Below are positions 36,961-46,619 of a stretch of 64,000 nucleotides of DNA, in pieces. The notes below the pieces were generated by a model. The model had not been told where the DNA came from. It ran no database searches and worked only from the letters and a program-made list of their open reading frames with translations. A program made the translations under genes and the position numbers. Numbering within the stretch: position 1 is the stretch's first letter; each line of letters starts with the position of its first letter. Source of the DNA: an uncultured Gammaproteobacteria bacterium (GTDB taxonomy: Bacteria; Patescibacteriota; Microgenomatia; Daviesbacterales; UBA10151); contig CAZKCV010000004.1 of assembly GCA_964551605.1 (NCBI GenBank), positions 7,331-71,330 of the forward strand. The letters run 5' to 3'.

Positions 36961-37968
36961 ATGTTCTTCAGAAAGCCTGGTGCCTTCTCCCGGAGTATTG
37001 ACGATAATATCTTTAACTTCTTCAAGTCCTTCTAATTTAGTTTTGACTTTATCAACATTTTCCTGCCCGCAGATTAAATGGACATCCTGGCCGGTATTGA
37101 TAGTAAAATAAACCGGAATGCCTTCATTCCGCCAGTGGCCGGTTAGTTTCATGATTCTAAGTGTCCCCGGAGTCCAGTAAATGAGCGGGGGAGTTTGGGT
37201 TAACATGATAGTATGAAGTTCCAGGGCTTCCTGTTCAATCAGTGGTCCCAGTTCCGCTAAGTTTTTCCCGGCAATCAGCTTTTTAACTTTTTCATTTTTT
37301 TCTTTCATCCGCGACATTCTAATGTCCATAAACGGGGAAGAGTGGGTAGCCTGCATGCCCCTGGAAGTGGGAACTTCTTTTTTACCCTCATTTACCACTG
37401 CCACTACATCTGCTATTGCCCAGTAATCAGCTGGGAAAAGTTGAGTAGCGTAAGACGTCTCGGAATTATCACCGTCCAGCCATTCCACAAAGCCGGAGGG
37501 GATGGAGCGACAAGCTGAGCCGGAGCCCTGCCTGGCTAGAATAGATAAATCTTTCTCGGATAGATTTAAGTCCGCAGCTTTTGAAGCAGCTAAACTAAGT
37601 GCTGCAAAGCCGGATGCAGAAGATGATAAACCGGTGCCGGAGGGGAAGTTATTATTAGAAACCACTTTAGCTTTTTGATCCATATTAGCCAGTTTTCTGA
37701 TCCGGTCCAGGTGTTTAATGATCCGTTCTGCTTCGCCTTCCTCCCCGCCTCGACTCGCACGCTCATCGGGCGAGGCGGGCAGGCCACCACCGTTAATAGT
37801 GATGTCGTCTTTGGAATAAGCGGGAGAGAATTCTACTGTGGTAGTGGTTAAGAGATTGCTTAAGCACATGGAGATGCTGCCGTTTTCCGGAAGCCTCAAT
37901 ATTTCATCTTTTTTACCCCAGTATTTGGTAAAAGCAATATTAGATGGTGCAATAGCGGTAGCTTTCAT
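36952..37968 (-). CDS. mvaD: Diphosphomevalonate decarboxylase
   Basis: NIAFTKYWGK, GLSSSASG and GSGSACRS (GHMP) motifs; 338 aa. Confidence 0.85.
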   Translation of the reverse strand: MKATAIAPSNIAFTKYWGKKDEILRLPENGSISMCLSNLLTTTTVEFSPAYSKDDITINGGGLPASPDERASRGGEEGEAERIIKHLDRIRKLANMDQKAKVVSNNNFPSGTGLSSSASGFAALSLAASKAADLNLSEKDLSILARQGSGSACRSIPSGFVEWLDGDNSETSYATQLFPADYWAIADVVAVVNEGKKEVPTSRGMQATHSSPFMDIRMSRMKEKNEKVKKLIAGKNLAELGPLIEQEALELHTIMLTQTPPLIYWTPGTLRIMKLTGHWRNEGIPVYFTINTGQDVHLICGQENVDKVKTKLEGLEEVKDIIVNTPGEGTRLSEEHLF

Positions 37969-38456
37969 AATATATTGATTTCTTTCAGGTTAGTAATCGC
38001 AAAAGGGGTCAGCTTCGATTGCATTTTCTTTAACTGGCTAATTGTAACAAATTTGACTCCGTCTGTTTCTTGTTTGTTGGGAGAAAACGGTCCATTGTAT
38101 GTAGCTTCGAAAAGGTAATTCATTTCAGTTTCAATATCTGTTTTAACAATAAATTTTTTCTTCTTAATAATAGAGAAGTTAATACCTAATTCCTCGAATA
38201 ATTCTCTTTTGGCAGTTTGTTGGTATGTTTCGCCTTTATCAACATGCCCAGCCACAGCTAAGGTATAAAGGCCTGGGTAGGTATCTTTATTCTTGCTTCT
38301 TTTTTGGAGTAATATTTCTCCTTTATCATTAAAGATAACTACTGAAATTGTTCTGTGAATGAGTTGTTTGTTGTGGTGGCAGTCAAAACGGGTGCGGTAG
38401 CCGATTATTTTATCATCTTGATCAACAACTACAAATAATTCATCTTGTTTATCCAT
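37965..38456 (-). CDS. Nudix hydrolase, type-1 IPP isomerase-like (second copy)
   Basis: HRTISVVIFNDKGEILLQKR...GHVDKGETYQQTAKRELFEELGI Nudix box; the IDI Cys position is again Ala. Confidence 0.5.
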   Translation of the reverse strand: MDKQDELFVVVDQDDKIIGYRTRFDCHHNKQLIHRTISVVIFNDKGEILLQKRSKNKDTYPGLYTLAVAGHVDKGETYQQTAKRELFEELGINFSIIKKKKFIVKTDIETEMNYLFEATYNGPFSPNKQETDGVKFVTISQLKKMQSKLTPFAITNLKEINIL

Positions 38457-39411
38457 CTATTCTGACCCCTTCTACATTAGCTTCAACATTTATGACTTGG
38501 CCTCCCGCAGAAGTAATTCCATCTTTAACAGCTTGAGTTTTATCATCTGGAGCTAGGGCTATCATGCAGTCTCCGCCGCCTGCGCCGGATAACTTTGTCC
38601 CGTATGCTCCGGCTTTTATAGCGCCTGAGATCATATCGTCAAGCTTTTGAATACTGACTCCGAGCTCTTTTAAGAGTTTTTGGTTGTCAGTCATGAGTAT
38701 TCCTAAGGCAGGCCAATCTTTGTTCAAAACAGCTGGTTTAGCCTGCTCTACTAATCTGCCAATTTCAGTATAAATTTGGTCAACAACAATTTGGTCTTTC
38801 TGTAATACCTGGTTCATTAAAGTAACAGTATCTGCTTTGACACCTGAATAACCCACGATTAAGGGGAGCGAGTCAATGTTCAAAGACTCAATTAGTTCAC
38901 CGCCTTTTTTAAAGTAAAGCGTGCCGCCGTAAACCGCGGCCGCTACATCAAAGCCGGAGCCTTTGCCCTGAATGTATAAGACAGTTTTGTAGGCAAGATC
39001 AAAAATGGCTTTGGTGTCTAGCTTGACCTCAGTTAATTCTGATAAAGCTTTAACTACACAAACAGTGGAAGCAGAGGAGGAACCAAAGCCAAATTGGGAA
39101 GAAAATTCTGAAGCGGTAGTAACATTTAATCCTCCTTGAATGGGATATTTTTCAATGAAATTTTTAACTGCAATTTCAACAAACTTGGCTCCTTTGGGAA
39201 TATCTCCTATTCCCAGCTGATCCATTGGTTTTTTGTAATCTGTAACAGCAACATCCGGGGCATTAAGAGAAAAAATAGGCTCATCAATCAGTTCTACAGT
39301 AGCTTTCATCCGTTGTCCGACAGCTGTAACAATACATGGCCGGCCGTATACCACAGCATGTTCTCCCAAAAGCATTAATTTTCCCGGCGCTGAAACAGTA
39401 ATTTTGCTCAT
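38449..39411 (-). CDS. mvk: Mevalonate kinase (GHMP kinase)
   Basis: APGKLMLLGEHAVVYG N-terminal motif and GFGSSSA ATP-binding motif; 320 aa. Confidence 0.75.
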   Translation of the reverse strand: MSKITVSAPGKLMLLGEHAVVYGRPCIVTAVGQRMKATVELIDEPIFSLNAPDVAVTDYKKPMDQLGIGDIPKGAKFVEIAVKNFIEKYPIQGGLNVTTASEFSSQFGFGSSSASTVCVVKALSELTEVKLDTKAIFDLAYKTVLYIQGKGSGFDVAAAVYGGTLYFKKGGELIESLNIDSLPLIVGYSGVKADTVTLMNQVLQKDQIVVDQIYTEIGRLVEQAKPAVLNKDWPALGILMTDNQKLLKELGVSIQKLDDMISGAIKAGAYGTKLSGAGGGDCMIALAPDDKTQAVKDGITSAGGQVINVEANVEGVRIDG

Positions 39412-40487
39412 ATTGTTTTTTGAGTCAATTCTGTTGTTATTTTATTAAACCATTTACCACTTATATATTCCATCATATCTGTTTGCCATTGTTTGGCAGT
39501 ATGATTTTGGGGTGTCCAGGTTTGAACAAGTTCTTCCAAAGATTTTTTATATTGGCTACTAAAATACGCTACAGCTTCTATTGCAGAGCGTGCCAAGTCT
39601 CCGTTTACAGCTTGAATTTTCTCATCAGATAACCCGCCTATTAAGTGAAGTCGTTTTGCCAGGTCAGCCCTGCTTAAAACAGGGAGATTCCTGGTTTGAA
39701 GATAATTGGGGTGATTTGGGTCTTCTATAAGCTTGGTTTCCAGTAATAATCTTGCCCCGCCGTCAAGATTCATTCCTGCCGCTGCGAATAATCCGTGCAG
39801 AAAGTCTCGCTGAGGATCATACATTCTGGAGGTTAAAGGTTTAAAAACAGGCGGGTAAATACCCTCAGGATTGATAAAAGCAATCCTGACTAGCCCTTCC
39901 AATAAAACTGCAGTATTTTCGTCTCTATTTGGTTGTAGGCCATATTTCGGCAAATCAGCACCATCCGCACGCAGTCTGGCACCGCCTACAAACTGCGATC
40001 TCCTGGCTATTACCCAGACACCATTTTGTTCCATCTTGTCCGCTACAAACAAGGCTGCAAGCACTTTCTCCTGTTGTGTCCATTGTTCCGGTAGGGGTCG
40101 ATCCCGGAAAAACTCCGGGGGACGGCCGTTTTTTAAAATGGAATCTTCCAGTGCTTTTCGTTCGCCATCCGTAGTGGAATAAAGTCCGGCTGAGTGCATA
40201 TGAATTGAAAAATCAGTTGAAGCTTCAGCGCTTTTGGCTTCGTCGCTTGTGGCATTTGTCTCATTCATAGATCTTTCAAAGTCATGAAACCAGCCGGCAA
40301 TTCGGGAAAGCTCAATATCTTTTGAGTCATAGCCTGCAGCCAGGCAGGCCAACGTGCTTAATTGAGCAACACTTCTTAAATGAGGTTCATCATGACCGGA
40401 GTAACTTTTATTAGGGTCGCGATGATCCCTAATATATTGGGTTGCGGATTTATCAATTAATTCAATATTTTCTAAATTTACAGACAT
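39408..40487 (-). CDS. Hypothetical protein (possible HD-type phosphohydrolase) within the mevalonate cluster
   Basis: H..HD-like WFHDFE motif; start placed at the internal Met to avoid overlap. Confidence 0.3.
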   Translation of the reverse strand: MSVNLENIELIDKSATQYIRDHRDPNKSYSGHDEPHLRSVAQLSTLACLAAGYDSKDIELSRIAGWFHDFERSMNETNATSDEAKSAEASTDFSIHMHSAGLYSTTDGERKALEDSILKNGRPPEFFRDRPLPEQWTQQEKVLAALFVADKMEQNGVWVIARRSQFVGGARLRADGADLPKYGLQPNRDENTAVLLEGLVRIAFINPEGIYPPVFKPLTSRMYDPQRDFLHGLFAAAGMNLDGGARLLLETKLIEDPNHPNYLQTRNLPVLSRADLAKRLHLIGGLSDEKIQAVNGDLARSAIEAVAYFSSQYKKSLEELVQTWTPQNHTAKQWQTDMMEYISGKWFNKITTELTQKTI

Positions 40488-40488
40488 A

Positions 40489-41535
40489 TTAACATGATAT
40501 ATGAAAGCGTTGACCAATTGTAACTTGCAATAGACTTGAGTTGTCTAAGAGAGGAAAGGGATTAGTGCGGATGTCCATTTCATCAAGCAGGGAGTTAATT
40601 CTGACAGTTTGGTTATGCAAGCCTGCCTCTCTCATTCCTTGTGAATATCGGTTTACGGGTCGGTGTCCTTCCAACGGCCAGATTGCATTTGGTCCTAAGT
40701 TTGCTCTGTCCGCGATATTTTTATATGCCAGCCAAAATCTGGTAATTTGTTTTCTGGCTCTTAGTTCCTCAGGGGTGATTTTAAGATTGCCATCCGGGTT
40801 ATTTCTAGTTTGTGGGTAAGCCTCTTTCCAGTTGGCAAGGCCCTCCTCTTTTTGTTCCCAATCGAATTTTTCAAGGAATCCCAGTACCCGGATAGGATGC
40901 TCCCAAAGATCGTGATGCCAGTCTGCAAAGATGGCAAAACCTCCTATTTTTAATACCCGCGCGTAATCTTTAAAAGGGATTCTTGCATGATGGTGGATGG
41001 AGGCAACGCCTGTTAGGATATCAATGGATTGTCTTCTTAATTCTCTTAGTACTTCTGTATCTGTGCCGATTAATACTTTATAGTTGACTTTCTGCTTTTC
41101 CATAAGCTGTGCTGCTGTTTTAAGGCTTTCTTTTGATGGGTCAACAAGAATCATTGTAGCTTTTTTTCTGATATTGTCTGGAAGCGTTTCAACTATGGCC
41201 AAGGCTGATGCTCCGGCACCTGCTCCAATATCTGCTATGACAGGAGATTTCAAAAAATAATTCCTTTCTATAATTCCTGCTACAATCTTAGCTGTTGCTT
41301 GTTGCAGTAGACAGTTAGCATTGGTCAGACCTGCTTCGTTTGAAGCTTGTAGCACTAAAGCCAGTTGCTCGGGTGTTCCATTTGCCCATTCTTTTTTGTA
41401 TGCTAGAGAAGCAGGAGTTTCATTAGTATACCCACCTAAGCCGTATTTGTTGTAAGCATAATCGGGAACACGGTAGGGGGAGCCCATGGTGATAGGCATT
41501 AATGCTTCATTGTGTGGTGTTAATAGCTCTGGCAT
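40489..41535 (-). CDS. Class I SAM-dependent methyltransferase
   Basis: Motif I VIADIGAGAGASA; 348 aa. Confidence 0.6.
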   Translation of the reverse strand: MPELLTPHNEALMPITMGSPYRVPDYAYNKYGLGGYTNETPASLAYKKEWANGTPEQLALVLQASNEAGLTNANCLLQQATAKIVAGIIERNYFLKSPVIADIGAGAGASALAIVETLPDNIRKKATMILVDPSKESLKTAAQLMEKQKVNYKVLIGTDTEVLRELRRQSIDILTGVASIHHHARIPFKDYARVLKIGGFAIFADWHHDLWEHPIRVLGFLEKFDWEQKEEGLANWKEAYPQTRNNPDGNLKITPEELRARKQITRFWLAYKNIADRANLGPNAIWPLEGHRPVNRYSQGMREAGLHNQTVRINSLLDEMDIRTNPFPLLDNSSLLQVTIGQRFHISC

Positions 41536-41586
41536 ACGCTTTTGGGCACTCGGTGATTATATTACTAAAGCTTATAATGCGCAAAT

Positions 41587-42657
41587 TCAGTGTTCTTGCC
41601 TTATTCCTTCAACTCCTAAAGCTGCGTTAAAATAGGGGAGCTTGTATGACTTAGCGATTTTTTCAATTTTAGTTTTATCCTGGTGATAAGCCAGCAATAT
41701 TCCGGTGGGGCCGATCGTGGAGCCGGCACCGCACATCTTGGCGGCTCCGCCGGTTTTTTCAATCTCCCTAATGATCTGTTGGGAAAATGCTGAAACCACT
41801 CCAATGTTTTCCAAATTTCTCTCTCCCTGTTTAATTATCCTCATAAACTCCCCGCTGTCTCCGTTTTTAACCACCGGTATTAGACTCTCTGCCAGTTGGC
41901 TTTGGCTTTGAAAAGCAGTATCAAAAAGTTTTGGATTTTCCTCACGGAGTTTCCTGACTAGACTGACCATCTCGCCGGTTGACTGCTGCGGGCTGCCGGT
42001 AGCAATTAAGACAAAGTTAGCGGCGAGTTTTTCCGGAATAGTAATTTTAAGTGGGGTAATGGTTTTGGGTTCCCTGATGAATTTAATAATTCCTCCGAAG
42101 GTGACTGTGGCATTATCAGCTCCTGACGGATTGCCGTGTCTTCTTTGCTCGCCGGCATAGGCAATTTCATTGATGGTTTTTTTGTCAAATTTCTTACCCA
42201 GGAAAAGAGCGGTAGCGGCAGCGATAGCTACGCTGGTGGCGGCAGAGGAGCCTAATCCGGCGTTAACCGGCACATCTGATTTTATTTCAAGGTTGAATCC
42301 GGATGAGGGTTTTTTACCAAAAAATTTAATGGTTTCACCAATGATAATGGCTGCAAAGTCCAATGGTTGGGCAGTCAGACTTTTAATTATGGCAATGTCA
42401 TTAGTTTTGGCAAATTTCTGCCAATTTGATTCGGCTTTGGCTCTTTTGGAGAGTAATTTATCTATTGTTAATCTGGCTTTTTTATTGAAATTTTCGGAGG
42501 AAATAACAATAGTTTTATCAGATCTGGGCACTAGTTTGACGACACATCTTAAGTTGACTGCTGCCAGTAGGGCCGGAGCCCCGTAAACTACAAAATGTTC
42601 TCCGAGCAGGTGGATTTTGCCGGGAGCAGATACTTTAATACTATTATGATTCTTCAT
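41587..42657 (-). CDS. GHMP kinase, second mevalonate-kinase-like copy (possibly phosphomevalonate kinase)
   Basis: APGKIHLLGEHFVVYG and PVNAGLGSSAA motifs; 356 aa. Confidence 0.7.
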   Translation of the reverse strand: MKNHNSIKVSAPGKIHLLGEHFVVYGAPALLAAVNLRCVVKLVPRSDKTIVISSENFNKKARLTIDKLLSKRAKAESNWQKFAKTNDIAIIKSLTAQPLDFAAIIIGETIKFFGKKPSSGFNLEIKSDVPVNAGLGSSAATSVAIAAATALFLGKKFDKKTINEIAYAGEQRRHGNPSGADNATVTFGGIIKFIREPKTITPLKITIPEKLAANFVLIATGSPQQSTGEMVSLVRKLREENPKLFDTAFQSQSQLAESLIPVVKNGDSGEFMRIIKQGERNLENIGVVSAFSQQIIREIEKTGGAAKMCGAGSTIGPTGILLAYHQDKTKIEKIAKSYKLPYFNAALGVEGIRQEH

Positions 42658-42664
42658 CTTCGTT

Positions 42665-42698
42665 CACCTCGAAGGAGTCAAAGCCCACCTTCGAGGTG
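42665..42698. repeat. Family-C 34-nt perfect palindromic element cacctcgaagg-agtcaaagccca-ccttcgaggtg (intergenic copy)
   Basis: Exact reverse complement of the copy at 46241-46274, which lies inside the HMG-CoA reductase CDS. Confidence 0.6.
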
Positions 42699-42701
42699 TT
42701 G

Positions 42702-43001
42702 CTAAATAGGTTTTGCTTTGATACCGTACTCAATTACTTCATCTAATTTAACTTTGCCTAATTTCCTGACTACAGTAATAATTTTCTGATTAGGCTTCAG
42801 ATGTTTTTCGGCGTATTCCACCAGTTGCAGAGGCATTCTCATGCCGTCTTTAAACTGCACAATAGCCACCGGGTAAGGGGCTTCATGCTCAAATCCGGCC
42901 GGAGCAATATAGACTTTAGTCCATACAATAATTTTACCTGTTTGTCCCAGGTAGTTTTTAATATTTTTATGATGTCTCCAAACTGTAACAGGACTACTCA
43001 T
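42702..43001 (-). CDS. DUF35-like OB-fold protein (partner of archaeal-type thiolase/HMG-CoA synthase)
   Basis: 99 aa. Gene order DUF35-thiolase-HMGCS is typical of the archaeal-type complex. Confidence 0.5.
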   Translation of the reverse strand: MSSPVTVWRHHKNIKNYLGQTGKIIVWTKVYIAPAGFEHEAPYPVAIVQFKDGMRMPLQLVEYAEKHLKPNQKIITVVRKLGKVKLDEVIEYGIKAKPI

Positions 43002-43018
43002 AGGTCGGTTTCGCCTCC

Positions 43019-43053
43019 AATGTAAAATGTAAAATGTAAAATTTAAAATTTAA
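43019..43053. repeat. Heptamer tandem repeat (AATGTAA)x3 (AATTTAA)x2
   Basis: Direct 7-nt periodicity in the intergenic region, followed by a family-B-like palindrome agcttgcgatctaaagatcttaa. Confidence 0.4.
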
Positions 43054-43105
43054 TTGTAAGCTGAGCTTGCGATCTAAAGATCTTAAATTGTACATTTGTA
43101 AATTG

Positions 43106-44257
43106 TTAATTTTGTAGTATGTGTACTACAACCGTGGCTCCGGTGCCTCCCACATTTTGGGTCAGGCCGATATTTGCATCTTTCACCTGTCGGCTGCCGG
43201 CATTTTTGCGCAGCTGTTCCGTAATTTCAATGATCTGTTTAACTCCGGTGGCGCCGACCGGATGCCCGCAGGCTTTCAAGCCGCCGGAGGTATTAACAGG
43301 AAGTTTTCCCCCTAATCTGGTATGGCCTTTGGTGATAAACTTGCCTCCTTCTCCTTCGGGACAAAAACCTAAATCTTCCATGGCCATAATTTCGGCTATA
43401 GTAAAGCAGTCATGAACCTCAGAGACTTTAATGTCTTTGATCTCTGCTCCGGCTTGTTTTAAAGCAAGCTTAGCTGCCAGCTGGGTAGCTTTTAATTCTG
43501 TTAAGCTGGATCTCTGCGCTAAGTCAATGGTATCCGAAGCCACAGCGCTGCCGGTAATATACACCTGCCTGCCGGCAGGCAGGCCCCTTGACGAGTCATC
43601 CCCGGAAAGTATAACTGCAGCGGCACCATCAGTAATAGGGGAGGAATCAAAAAGTGTAATCGGGTAAGAAATTAAACTACTGCTTAAAACTTTTTCGGCT
43701 GTTATCTCATACGGATAGTGGGCCTTTTTATTCAAAGAAGCATGGTAGTGATTTTTTACTGAGACATGGGCCAGATGTTCCCGGGTGGTGCCGTATTTTT
43801 GCATATGGGCCTGGGCCATTAATGCATACAGGGCGGGGAAAGTTAAGCCGGCTTTTCGCTCTTTAGAAGAGCTGGCCCCCATTAAAGCCCAGGTGATTTG
43901 ACTTGATGGGGCATCAGTCATTTTTTCCGCTCCCACTACCAGGACATTTTTATATGTCCCGGCTAAAATGCCCTGGATGGCTAAATGGACGGCCAGTCCT
44001 CCTGAGGCACAGGCACCTTCAATCCTAAAGGAGGCGCAGTTAAGTCCTAAAGAAGAGCTGATGACCGGTCCCAGGTGATCCTGACCGGCAATTTTACCAA
44101 TTAACATATTGCCGACAAAAACGGCATCGATTGTATTTTTATCAATTCCTGAATCTTTGATAGCATCAAGAGATGCTTCTAGCCCCAAATCAAGTAATGA
44201 TTTGTCCCAGAGTTCACCGAATTTTGTTAAACCTACTCCAGCTACCTTAATACGCAT
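43106..44257 (-). CDS. Acetyl-CoA C-acetyltransferase (archaeal-type thiolase)
   Basis: Thiolase fold with the catalytic Cys region ..GACASGG.. and a C-terminal GH/CG active site GGLKACGHPVGATG. Confidence 0.85.
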   Translation of the reverse strand: MRIKVAGVGLTKFGELWDKSLLDLGLEASLDAIKDSGIDKNTIDAVFVGNMLIGKIAGQDHLGPVISSSLGLNCASFRIEGACASGGLAVHLAIQGILAGTYKNVLVVGAEKMTDAPSSQITWALMGASSSKERKAGLTFPALYALMAQAHMQKYGTTREHLAHVSVKNHYHASLNKKAHYPYEITAEKVLSSSLISYPITLFDSSPITDGAAAVILSGDDSSRGLPAGRQVYITGSAVASDTIDLAQRSSLTELKATQLAAKLALKQAGAEIKDIKVSEVHDCFTIAEIMAMEDLGFCPEGEGGKFITKGHTRLGGKLPVNTSGGLKACGHPVGATGVKQIIEITEQLRKNAGSRQVKDANIGLTQNVGGTGATVVVHILQN

Positions 44258-44262
44258 AAATT

Positions 44263-45303
44263 TTATATCCTGTACTTATTTATTATGTTCCTGGCTACCA
44301 GTGAATAATCAATCATTTGTTTATTTTGTATTTGATTTTGGACATTTTTGCTGTTTTTCTTTTGGAATTGTTTTAACAGGGGAGTGGTTTCAAAGATAAA
44401 GGAATCAGAGCCGGCACCTGAGCCATAGGAGCACATAAAGATCTTTTGCTTAGGGTTAGCAATATCCAAAGTAGCTGCCAAGCCTATCATGGATGAGGCA
44501 GAATAAGGATTACCTATTTGAGAAACTATAAATCCGGGTTTTAATTGCTCATCTTTAAAGCCTAACCTTTTGGCTGCTTCTTTGGGGAACTTACCATTTG
44601 GCATATGGAAAACAGCAAACTTAAAGTCAGCCGGTTTTAGTTTCGCTTTTTCCAGTAACAGGTTGGAAGCACTAAGAACATGATTAAAGTAAGCCGGATC
44701 TCCGGTGAACCTGCCGCCGTGGGAGGGAAATTTTTCAGTATCCCTTCTCCAAAAGTCCGGAGTATCCGAACTGTAGGAAGTAAAATCTAAGATATTAGCA
44801 AGTGTATCCTTGTTGCCTAATATGAAACTGGCAGCAGCAGAGCCTGCAGTATATTCCAAAACATCAGATGGCTTGGATTGGGCTACATCAGAACCGATGG
44901 CTAAAACATATTTGGTATCTTTGCCAACTAAGCCTGATAATAGCTGCATTCCGGAGGTGCCGGCTTTGCAGGCAAATTCCAAGTCCACAGCCAGTAAATT
45001 CTCCGGCAGGCCTAAAATTCCGGCTACAGTGGTGGCAGTAGGTTTAACTGCATAAGGATGGGATTCTGAGCCTACTGTTATGGCGCCTATTTTACTGAGG
45101 TCAAAGTTAAGTGGCATAGCAGCATTAAGGGTAGCCTCAACTGCTAAAGTGACTGCATCTTCATCAACTGAGGCCACAGCTTTTTCAAAAACCCCTAAAG
45201 CTTTTTCTACTTCATTGACTTCCTTGCCCCAGGCATGAGCGATTTGAGAGGGCTTGATGCGGTATTTTGGAATATAAGTTCCGTATGAAACAATGCCTGT
45301 CAT
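44263..45303 (-). CDS. mvaS: Hydroxymethylglutaryl-CoA synthase
   Basis: N-terminus GIVSYGTYIPKYRI and catalytic Cys region EFACKAGTS; 346 aa. Confidence 0.85.
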   Translation of the reverse strand: MTGIVSYGTYIPKYRIKPSQIAHAWGKEVNEVEKALGVFEKAVASVDEDAVTLAVEATLNAAMPLNFDLSKIGAITVGSESHPYAVKPTATTVAGILGLPENLLAVDLEFACKAGTSGMQLLSGLVGKDTKYVLAIGSDVAQSKPSDVLEYTAGSAAASFILGNKDTLANILDFTSYSSDTPDFWRRDTEKFPSHGGRFTGDPAYFNHVLSASNLLLEKAKLKPADFKFAVFHMPNGKFPKEAAKRLGFKDEQLKPGFIVSQIGNPYSASSMIGLAATLDIANPKQKIFMCSYGSGAGSDSFIFETTPLLKQFQKKNSKNVQNQIQNKQMIDYSLVARNIINKYRI

Positions 45304-46469
45304 TTTTTTCTTCCAAGTTTTTGATGTGCTTTTGCCAAACTGCCTTCTGCTAAGCTGGCAATCAAAGATAGTTCACCGGCCAAGACCGTTGCGCCTAAAA
45401 CTTGAGCATATTCTAACACACCCTTCACATTCATAACCTTCAGAGCTTCCTGCTGGGTAGGAAGGTGTGTCCCGCCGCCGACAGTGCCAACTATTAAAGA
45501 GGGGAGATAGACAGAAAAATAAAGGCTATTGTTTTCCAATACCTCGGCGCTGGTTATTCCTAAACTGGCTTCTGTTACATGTGCTAAATCCTGACCGGTG
45601 GCAGCAAAAACCGCTGCCGCAATATTGGCAAAGTGGCTGTTATAGCCAAGGGAGCCTGACATTATTGAGCCCAGATGGCATTTCCGTTCAGTTACTTCGA
45701 CAACTTTCTCCGGGGTAGTTTTGAGGACATTGGTTACTACCTTTTTAGGTAATATGCATTCTGCCCAGACTTTTTTGCCGCGGCCTAAAATGAAATTTAG
45801 CCAGGAAGGTTTTTTATCTATATCAAAGTTACCTGCTAAAGAAATGCATTTGGCGGAGGTCTTTTCTTCAATGATTTTTACCATTGCTTCAGTGGCAATA
45901 GTGGCCATATTCATTCCCATGGCATCGCCGGTATCAAAATAGAACCTGACAAATAGGTTTCTGCCGACGATTCTATAATCTGCCTTTAATAATTTTAGAT
46001 GGGAAGAAGTGGCTTCAGCCGCCTTGGCCAAAGCTTTGAAGTTTTTTTCAATCCAGATTTTGGTTTTCATGGCTCTGCTTAAGTCTTTAAGTTTAAAAAC
46101 CGGCCCCCGGGTAATACCGACATTCTCTATAAAAACCATTATTCCACCGGATTCCTTGGTGGCTTTGCAGCCCCGGGAAACAGAAGCTACCAGAGCGCCT
46201 TCTGTTGTTGCTAACGGAATAAAATAATTTTTCTCTCTTACACCTCGAAGGTGGGCTTTGACTCCTTCGAGGTGGACTAATAATGGCCCGGCAATACCAA
46301 GGGGGATTTGGGCAGCGCCGATTAAATTTTCAATATTTCGGCCAACTGCAGCCTCTTCCGGAAAGCTGAAATCGCCAATATTATCCAGTTTAATATTTAG
46401 CTTTTTTTCTAGAAACTGCCGCCTTTTTTGTGCAGATGTAAAGCCACGAAGTGAGGTTTGATCTTTCAT
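45300..46469 (-). CDS. mvaA: HMG-CoA reductase
   Basis: ATTEGALVAS, the GTVGGGT region and DAMGMN motifs. Contains the family-C 34-nt palindrome in frame (VKAHLRGV). Confidence 0.85.
   Translation of the reverse strand: MKDQTSLRGFTSAQKRRQFLEKKLNIKLDNIGDFSFPEEAAVGRNIENLIGAAQIPLGIAGPLLVHLEGVKAHLRGVREKNYFIPLATTEGALVASVSRGCKATKESGGIMVFIENVGITRGPVFKLKDLSRAMKTKIWIEKNFKALAKAAEATSSHLKLLKADYRIVGRNLFVRFYFDTGDAMGMNMATIATEAMVKIIEEKTSAKCISLAGNFDIDKKPSWLNFILGRGKKVWAECILPKKVVTNVLKTTPEKVVEVTERKCHLGSIMSGSLGYNSHFANIAAAVFAATGQDLAHVTEASLGITSAEVLENNSLYFSVYLPSLIVGTVGGGTHLPTQQEALKVMNVKGVLEYAQVLGATVLAGELSLIASLAEGSLAKAHQKLGRKK
46241..46274. repeat. Family-C 34-nt palindromic element inside the HMG-CoA reductase CDS
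   Basis: cacctcgaaggtgggctttgactccttcgaggtg, reverse complement of 42665-42698; 11-bp arms with a 12-nt loop. Confidence 0.6.
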
Positions 46470-46619
46470 TGGTAGTCAATTCTACCAGAAACGACATTGG
46501 TAACCAAGTTGCTATTCGGCAGCACCTATGATAGATTTCTCCTATGGCTGAAAGAAGTTTTTCTGAGCATACTCTAATGGAGTATCGTAATCAAGGGCTT
46601 CATGAGGGCTGTAGGAGAA

